The translations under genes and the position numbers were made by a program. Source: a virus. From it: a DNA stretch of 64,000 nucleotides. The notes beneath the pieces are model-generated. The model saw nothing but the letters and a program-made list of their open reading frames with translations. It was not told the DNA's origin and did no database searches. This document shows positions 57,843-64,000 of the stretch, one piece after another. Numbering within the stretch: position 1 is the first letter of the stretch; each line of letters opens with the position of its first letter. The DNA lies in IMG/VR virus record IMGVR_UViG_3300025978_000012, positions 12,191 through 76,190 of that record; one strand, 5' to 3'.

Positions 57843-58018
57843 ATTTTTTCCTCGATTAAAAATATTTTGCGGCCATATATTTTATTTTCCATGTCATCAT
57901 TAAATTTTTCTTCAGCTTGAATTTTATTTTCAGCTTCAATTTCAATTTCTATGTTTGAACCGCGTCCCCCACTGGCGGAAAGAGAACCGGAATTGCAAAT
58001 TATTTTAAATTTTTTCAT
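57839..58018 (-). CDS. Hypothetical protein (MKKFKIIC...)
   Basis: RBS GAGGGG after promoter 58059-58087. Confidence 0.55.
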   Translation of the reverse strand: MKKFKIICNSGSLSASGGRGSNIEIEIEAENKIQAEEKFNDDMENKIYGRKIFLIEEKI

Positions 58019-58047
58019 AATGACCCCTCTCTTTTTATTATTTATTG

Positions 58048-58087
58048 TTGACAAGATCAATATACAATTTATCTTGTCAACCGTCAA
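58048..58087 (-). promoter_or_regulatory. Promoter with palindromic operator, homologous to the 17476 element
   Basis: TTGACG-N17-TATATT; GTTGACAAGAT-N13-ATCTTGTCAAC. Confidence 0.75.
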
Positions 58088-58342
58088 GTAATTTAAAAAA
58101 AAATGGAGAAATTATGTCGAGCGACATGACAATAAATTTGCAATCTGTACAAATAGTTTGATTCTTTTTAAGATTTAAAAAACGTTTTTTTTCTTCGTTG
58201 TCCAACAAATCTGAAAATCCATTGTTTTGTTGGGTAATTCTTGATTTACAAATTTTGCAATTCATTTAAATACTCCGAATGCGGTCCCTCGCTAGTTTTT
58301 AACGTCCCTGTACTTATTATGTCGGATTATAAAAGAAAAACT

Positions 58343-59107
58343 TTAAAATAATTTTCCCTGCTCTCTTAATTTTTTATTTCGAGTTTCCGCAATTTTAAAA
58401 TATTCGGCATCTAATTCAATTCCAATAAAATTTCTATTTGTATTTATACACGCCACGCCCGTAGACCCCGAACCCATACAATTATCAAGAACCGTTTCAC
58501 CTTCCAGGGTATAGGTTTTTATTAAATATTCTAATAAATCAACAGGTTTTTGTGTAGGGTGTATTATATTTTTTAAATCTCTATTTATTTTTATTAGTTG
58601 TATTGGATATCTTGTAGAATTATCTCTATATTTAATTGGTTTTATTGATTCATTATTTCTTGCGATAGTTTTTGAAAATCCTCCATCTCTGTTTTTATTA
58701 TTAACTATTTTTCCAATATGTTTTGTTTTTTCTGGAAAAAAACTACATTGTTTTTTATAAAATACTGAAATATTTTCTATAACTTTTCCCGGTCTTCTTT
58801 TTACTTGAAAAATATTTGTAATTCTTTCTTTTTCCCAATACCAATCATATTTATAATTTTTAATATTTGATAATCGTACATGCGATGAAAATGGTTATTG
58901 CCCAAAAATAAGTATTGCACCATTATTTTTTATTATTCTATTATATTGATTCCAAAGTAATTCAAAATTAATTATCTTATCCCACTGGAGGGATGTTGTC
59001 CCATAGGGAGGATCACATAAAATTAAATCAATAGATTTATCTTTTATATCTTTCATTATTTCAAGACAATCGCCACAAAACAATTTAAAATTATTCTCCT
59101 TTAACAA
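58343..59107 (-). pseudogene. N4/N6 (beta-class) DNA methyltransferase with one in-frame TAA at 58895-58897
   Basis: GDCL...DPPYG...FGQ*PFSS...HPTQKP...VLDNCMGSGST...FIGIE; 255 codons, same frame throughout. Confidence 0.9.
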
Positions 59108-59130
59108 TGCATTTATCCTCTATATTGTCT

Positions 59131-59325
59131 TTATTTATTTTTTATTTTCTCACAAATAATTTCTTTATATAAATTTCCAATTCTATTTGAAAATGCTGAT
59201 TTTGTTTTATGATAATTATTGTATTGCCAATTTCGCATTCTTTGATTGTAACATTCACGACATTCCGTACTGCTATAATAATTAGACAGAGAATCAATTG
59301 ATCGAAAACACGTTGAACAAATCAT
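59131..59325 (-). CDS. Small zinc-finger protein
   Basis: CSTC...CREC. Confidence 0.45.
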   Translation of the reverse strand: MICSTCFRSIDSLSNYYSSTECRECYNQRMRNWQYNNYHKTKSAFSNRIGNLYKEIICEKIKNK

Positions 59326-59478
59326 GATATTATACCATATTAAAATTGGTTTCGTTTTCCAGAGTAATCTTAATGTTTTTTTCTTTACATATTTTTACAC
59401 CAAGATAAACGCCTGTTTTTAAAAAACAAGAATAACATTCTTCGAAAGTTATTTCTTTATTTAATTTTGTGCAAAACA

Positions 59479-60339
59479 TTAGATTTTATTGCTTTTTTTA
59501 ATATTATCTATCGCCCATAAAGGTTGTAAATTTGTATAATGGAAACATTTTTTTTGTTCTTCTGGATTACTTAAGTCAAATGATGCACATGGTTTTATAT
59601 GATCAATGTGCCAACCATAAAGAGAGTGATTCTTCCATGTCATCCCTTGTTTAAATTGTTTTTCAAGGTGTTTTTTTAGTTCTTGCAATGAGCAGCCCAC
59701 TAAATTCATTGTAGAATTGCTTTTTTTATTATTTTTCAAAGCATATCTAATTCTATTTTTTAATAATAATTTCATTTTAAATGAAATATCTTTTTTTCGT
59801 TTTTCTTTTTCCCATTTATTACGACGTTTATTTATTTTTTCTTTATTTTTATTTGTATATAGCTTGTTTCTTTTCGAAATTTTCTTTTTATTTTTTTCGT
59901 TATATTTCTTGCTCCATTCTTTTATTTCTTTTTTATGTGTTCTATAATATTTTTTATCATATTTTATTTTTTTGTCTAAATTTTTAAATCTATAAATTTT
60001 GTCATATTCTGCTTTTTCTTTTTTATGTTTATAATTGTATTTATTTTGATATTGTAATATTTTTTCTCTATTTTTGTAATAATTTATTCGTATTCTTTTT
60101 AAATTTTTTATTCTAATTTTTTCTTTTTTTTCTGGGGTAATATTTTTAAAATATTCTTTATGTCTATGTATCCCACATTTTTTAGAACAATATTTATGGG
60201 AGTGTCTTCCGTAAAAAAATCTTTCAAATGGTATTAAATTTTTACAAATTATACATTTTGGTTTTTCTTTTTTCCATCTTTTTTTTGATTCTTTTATTCT
60301 ATTGTTATGTATAAATTTTGCTCTTTCTTCTTTATTCAT
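59479..60339 (-). CDS. HNH homing-endonuclease-like protein with Lys-rich helical region
   Basis: WHIDHIKPCASFD...CFHYTNLQPLWA.DN..KSNK. Confidence 0.8.
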   Translation of the reverse strand: MNKEERAKFIHNNRIKESKKRWKKEKPKCIICKNLIPFERFFYGRHSHKYCSKKCGIHRHKEYFKNITPEKKEKIRIKNLKRIRINYYKNREKILQYQNKYNYKHKKEKAEYDKIYRFKNLDKKIKYDKKYYRTHKKEIKEWSKKYNEKNKKKISKRNKLYTNKNKEKINKRRNKWEKEKRKKDISFKMKLLLKNRIRYALKNNKKSNSTMNLVGCSLQELKKHLEKQFKQGMTWKNHSLYGWHIDHIKPCASFDLSNPEEQKKCFHYTNLQPLWAIDNIKKSNKI

Positions 60340-61220
60340 ATTTTAATTTTAGAATTTTTAATATCCAGTGATGTATCACAATACATATCCAAAGTGATAC
60401 TTGTGCTAGAATGGCCGACGTATTTACTTACACTTTTTATGTCAATTTTGTCAACGCTTATTTTATAAGTAATAAAAAAATGTCTTAAATCGTGAACTGT
60501 CATTTTTTTATTTATCTTTTTTTTAAAAATATCATGTATTTTTCGCCATAACATTTTTCGACAATATCTATGATATCTACCTGAATAAAAGAGATTGTCT
60601 ATTTCAGAATTATTAGGATATAATTTTTTTATTTCATATAATAGTTCATTAGGAAGAAATACGAACCTCTCCTTTTTTCCCTTGCCAACAATTCGTACTT
60701 TTTTATTTTCCTTATCGTAGTCTGTAATATCATTATTTTTTATTCCAGTTAATTCACTAATCCGAAGACCAGTCATTGTTAAAAATCTTATAATTAAAAT
60801 TATTTTTCGTTCTTGTTCAGAACTATTTGATTTTAATTTTGTAACTTTTCTAATGTCTTCAATAGTAAGTGATACCTTTATTTCACGTGACGTTTTTCGT
60901 GATACATTTTTTAATTGTTTCAGAACTTCAACAGGATTGTATTTAATCTCTCCAGCCATTACTAAAATGCGAAACATTTTTGATAATGATGCAATTTTTC
61001 TATTGATGGTGCTGTTTTTCATTCCTTTTTTTTCGAGGTATTGAATATATGAAAGTATATCATTAGCGGTAACTTCTTTTTGTTCTTTATTTATATATTT
61101 AAAAAAAAGATTAAAATCTGATTGATATGCAAGGCGTGATTCTTCTGAAAGTGAAGACCATGCGGCACGTTTTATGTCTATCGCACAATTATTGTCAAAT
61201 TTTATTAATTCGTGTGTCAC
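60336..61220 (-). CDS. Tyrosine recombinase (XerC/D-like)
   Basis: TGLRISEL, GKGKKER, HDLRH, VGHSS..T..Y. Confidence 0.9.
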   Translation of the reverse strand: MTHELIKFDNNCAIDIKRAAWSSLSEESRLAYQSDFNLFFKYINKEQKEVTANDILSYIQYLEKKGMKNSTINRKIASLSKMFRILVMAGEIKYNPVEVLKQLKNVSRKTSREIKVSLTIEDIRKVTKLKSNSSEQERKIILIIRFLTMTGLRISELTGIKNNDITDYDKENKKVRIVGKGKKERFVFLPNELLYEIKKLYPNNSEIDNLFYSGRYHRYCRKMLWRKIHDIFKKKINKKMTVHDLRHFFITYKISVDKIDIKSVSKYVGHSSTSITLDMYCDTSLDIKNSKIKI

Positions 61221-62956
61221 ATTAGCCTCATTAATTGTTCATCGAAATCTTCTGATGAAATTTTTTCTTGTTTTTGATTTATTTCTTGTTGCTCTTGTTT
61301 TTCTCTTGAAATATGGAAAGGGATATCAACGGTATCGTCAAATTGATACTTTATTATTTTAGGAAATTTATCATTTAAGTCTACTACTATTTTTATTGGT
61401 TTTCTAAAATTTTGACATTCTGACAATGCATCTGTAACGGTTGTTATTTTTTTATCTGTTATTTTTTTTAAAAATTGCATAGCCTTTTGTTTAGCAAATC
61501 CGCCATGTTCAATACATACGTAAGTACTCCACTTGTTAAAATCATCATAATAATAATCTATTTTAAAACTATCTGGCTTTCCGGCTTTCTGGTGACGGCC
61601 ATAAAAAATATGATCTATCGTGTATTCTTTTGGTTTTTCCCATTTAGATAATATATCGGCCTCACTTGCAAGTTCTTTATGTTTGTCTTTCGTATCGAAT
61701 ACAAATCCGCATGTAGGGCATTCTGTAGCGGCTAAAAATAACAATTGTCCACAATTGGGACACGGTTTCATGGGAGCAGTGGTAATTTCGCGTGTTCCGT
61801 CTTTTTTTTTCCGAATTTCTATTTTATCGATGGGTCCCATCCGTTCTATATTCGTTCCAAAATCTAAAATTAAACAATTTTCTTTTGAGGGAGAAAGGCG
61901 CAAACCTCTTCCACACATTTGATAATAAAGTCCTGGCGACATTGTGCTTCTTAATAATATTATTGCATCAATTTCTTTATCATCAAATCCAGTAGTTAAT
62001 ATTCCTACATTGCAAAGAAATTTGAATTTTCCATCTTTAAAATCTTGTAAATTTTTATCATTTATATTTTTTGATTGTTTCGAATGAACAAATTTTGATT
62101 CTTGTCCTATTTTATTTAATTTTTCAGTAACTTCTTCACAATGTTTAATTCCTGCACAAAAAACTAATATTTTTTTTCTATTCCTCGTATATGTGGCAAT
62201 TTCATTTACAGCTTTACAAACTAAATCATTTTTTTGGAAAGCCTTTTCCATTTCTCCGGGAACGTATTCCCCGCCTCGAACATGCACTCCGGTAAGATCA
62301 ACTTTATTTATTCCGTTTTTTGATATAAGATCGCACAAATATTGTTTTTTATCTTTATTTTTATAATGTTCTGGATTTATTAATTCTTTTATTGTCACTT
62401 CATAGCATATATCTTGGAAAATTCTATTTTTATGACCTTCATCACAAAGGAGACCTCCTTTTGTTCTCCAAATTGTTGCGGATAATCCACATAAAATTAA
62501 ATTTTGATTTATTTTAAAAAGATCATTTATAAATTTTCGATAGGTTCCTTCATTCTCTGACGGTACATTATGAACTTCATCTATTATACATAGATCAAAA
62601 AATCCAATTTCCCATGCTCTGTTTCTAACAGATTGTATACCAGTTATTAATATTCTATTGCGAGTATTTCTGCAATTTAATCCAGCAGAATATATTCCAA
62701 TATCTAATAATTGATTATTTATATAATCTGTAATTGCGATATAATTTTGTTTTAATATTTCTTTTTGGCTTGAAATAACCAATATCCTTGTATTTTCATA
62801 TTCAAGCATTCTTTTAATGATTTCAGCTATTACAATTGTTTTTCCGCCGCCTGTTGGGATAACGATTAAAATACCATTGTTTCCATGTTCCACATGTTTT
62901 AACGACCAATTAAAAAAACTGTCGGTCGCATCCTTTTGAAAATATCTTAATTTCAT
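61217..62956 (-). CDS. SF2 DEAD/DEAH helicase with zinc finger (RadD-like)
   Basis: PTGGGKT, IDEVH, SAT, TTGFD, QMCGRGLR, CPNC...CPTC. Confidence 0.9.
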   Translation of the reverse strand: MKLRYFQKDATDSFFNWSLKHVEHGNNGILIVIPTGGGKTIVIAEIIKRMLEYENTRILVISSQKEILKQNYIAITDYINNQLLDIGIYSAGLNCRNTRNRILITGIQSVRNRAWEIGFFDLCIIDEVHNVPSENEGTYRKFINDLFKINQNLILCGLSATIWRTKGGLLCDEGHKNRIFQDICYEVTIKELINPEHYKNKDKKQYLCDLISKNGINKVDLTGVHVRGGEYVPGEMEKAFQKNDLVCKAVNEIATYTRNRKKILVFCAGIKHCEEVTEKLNKIGQESKFVHSKQSKNINDKNLQDFKDGKFKFLCNVGILTTGFDDKEIDAIILLRSTMSPGLYYQMCGRGLRLSPSKENCLILDFGTNIERMGPIDKIEIRKKKDGTREITTAPMKPCPNCGQLLFLAATECPTCGFVFDTKDKHKELASEADILSKWEKPKEYTIDHIFYGRHQKAGKPDSFKIDYYYDDFNKWSTYVCIEHGGFAKQKAMQFLKKITDKKITTVTDALSECQNFRKPIKIVVDLNDKFPKIIKYQFDDTVDIPFHISREKQEQQEINQKQEKISSEDFDEQLMRLM

Positions 62957-63003
62957 TTATTATTTAAATTGTTTTATCAATGATATTTTTTGTTATTTTA
63001 CAT

Positions 63004-63216
63004 TTATAACAAATTTTCGTTTTCATTTTTTTCTTTTTTCTTTCGATATAACTCTCGCCCTTTTGCCGGAGAATATCTTTTTCGATTATAATCAGAAACA
63101 CATTCAATGCAGACTGATTTAGGTATATCCCTTCGATAGTCCCACCTAAATTTATTGAATGATTTTATTTTTCCGCATGACGTACAGTTTCGTTTTTTAT
63201 GTTTATAGTCGATCAT
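63004..63216 (-). CDS. Small zinc-finger protein
   Basis: CTSC...CIEC. Confidence 0.45.
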   Translation of the reverse strand: MIDYKHKKRNCTSCGKIKSFNKFRWDYRRDIPKSVCIECVSDYNRKRYSPAKGRELYRKKKEKNENENLL

Positions 63217-63271
63217 TATTTTTAGATTTCTCTAGAAATTCTTTATCTTTTTCTATTATCTCATATTATTT

Positions 63272-64000
63272 TTATATATCTTTTAACCTTGAATCAATTT
63301 TCCCTTCTTTGTTCCATGCTTTTATAACTATCGGTGACGATTCTACAATTTTCCCGTTAAATTTTTTTTCAATTTTTGACGTTGCGGCGGTTAAATTATT
63401 GATTGATTTTATTTTTTCTCGTAACTCTTTACTGGTATAGATTGCATCACATCGACCTTTAATTTCAGGCATACCAGTAAGATTTGTGTTTGAAAAATAA
63501 AAATTTTCACTTATCTTATATAAACATCCATCGTCTTGATGTTCAACAAGTTCAGCCTGAATAAGTGCAGGATTGTAAATATGGGAAATACAATCAAGAC
63601 ACAATATCGTTGGATCAATGATTTTATCTTTTAAAAGACATTTACGTTGTCCACCTTGAACCGGGTCGCTGTACCGGCATGTTTGGCAGTTTACTTGCGG
63701 AAAATTCTTATCGTGACATATTTTTTGGAATTCACACCATTTACAAGAAAAATATTCACGGCTTTCGGACAATCTCGCTGGGATTGTCCAATTGTCAAAA
63801 ATTATAGACTTCGCTTTTTCGATTATTGATTCGGCATATTTCCGATTATATTCCGTGCGTATCGAAATATAACTACGTCCACCAGGAGTAGTAACTGTAA
63901 GGTAGTGCCGGGTGAGTTCGGCGCAATGCATGTATATTTGTGCCTGTGCATAATAGATTATATCCCATTCGTAAAGTGCTTGTTTCTCTCCCCTCTCTTG
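63272..64000 (-). CDS. Cas4/RecB-like PD-(D/E)XK exonuclease, C-terminal part (runs off window end)
   Basis: Frame open to 64000; YYAQAQIYM (QxxxY) and CKWC.F...C Fe-S-type motif. Confidence 0.75.
   Translation of the reverse strand, partial: QERGEKQALYEWDIIYYAQAQIYMHCAELTRHYLTVTTPGGRSYISIRTEYNRKYAESIIEKAKSIIFDNWTIPARLSESREYFSCKWCEFQKICHDKNFPQVNCQTCRYSDPVQGGQRKCLLKDKIIDPTILCLDCISHIYNPALIQAELVEHQDDGCLYKISENFYFSNTNLTGMPEIKGRCDAIYTSKELREKIKSINNLTAATSKIEKKFNGKIVESSPIVIKAWNKEGKIDSRLKDI

Noticed and set aside
58895-58897. Stop-codon reassignment or alternative genetic code
   Set aside because: Single TAA; all other long genes are intact in code 11 and TAA is the normal terminator
60336-61220. Prophage boundary at the recombinase
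   Set aside because: Phage-type genes continue on both sides and no host genes or att duplication are visible
63272-64000. CRISPR-Cas system suggested by the Cas4-like gene
   Set aside because: No repeat-spacer array or other cas genes seen; stand-alone Cas4-like nucleases are common in phage replication modules
1-64000. tRNA, rRNA or structured ncRNA genes
   Set aside because: No cloverleaf or recognisable RNA motif found by eye; tRNAscan-SE/Infernal needed to exclude

Overview
The window is a 64-kb slice of a large, AT-rich tailed-phage genome of myovirus type, with Herelleviridae/SPO1-like head and neck genes. No host can be assigned from this sequence. On the minus strand, in window order, are: tail sheath (partial), neck proteins, major capsid protein, scaffold, prohead protease, three large modular polyvalent-type proteins, a MuF protein, a lysis region, portal, a GC-rich rmlA coupled to terL, terS and RusA. 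An AT-rich gap follows, then a nine-gene glycosyltransferase/methyltransferase/radical-SAM cluster, one gene of which carries an intein. A plus-strand early region (about 45-54.4 kb) has duplicated promoter cassettes, a complete 5.1-kb IS1595-family transposon carrying an MTase plus DUF262-HNH nuclease that splits a phage gene, and three tandem pentapeptide-repeat paralogues. The window ends with minus-strand replication/recombination genes: PrimPol-helicase, an MTase with one nonsense codon, HNH, tyrosine recombinase, SF2 helicase and a Cas4-like nuclease. The best candidate for an undescribed system is a capsid-cargo 'polyprotein' grammar. In it, modules are delimited by the presumed prohead-protease site (L/M)-x-K/(A/S) and led by short repeated tags. 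One 147-bp tag duplication suggests modules are swapped by recombination. All family assignments come from motif recognition by eye, with no database searches.
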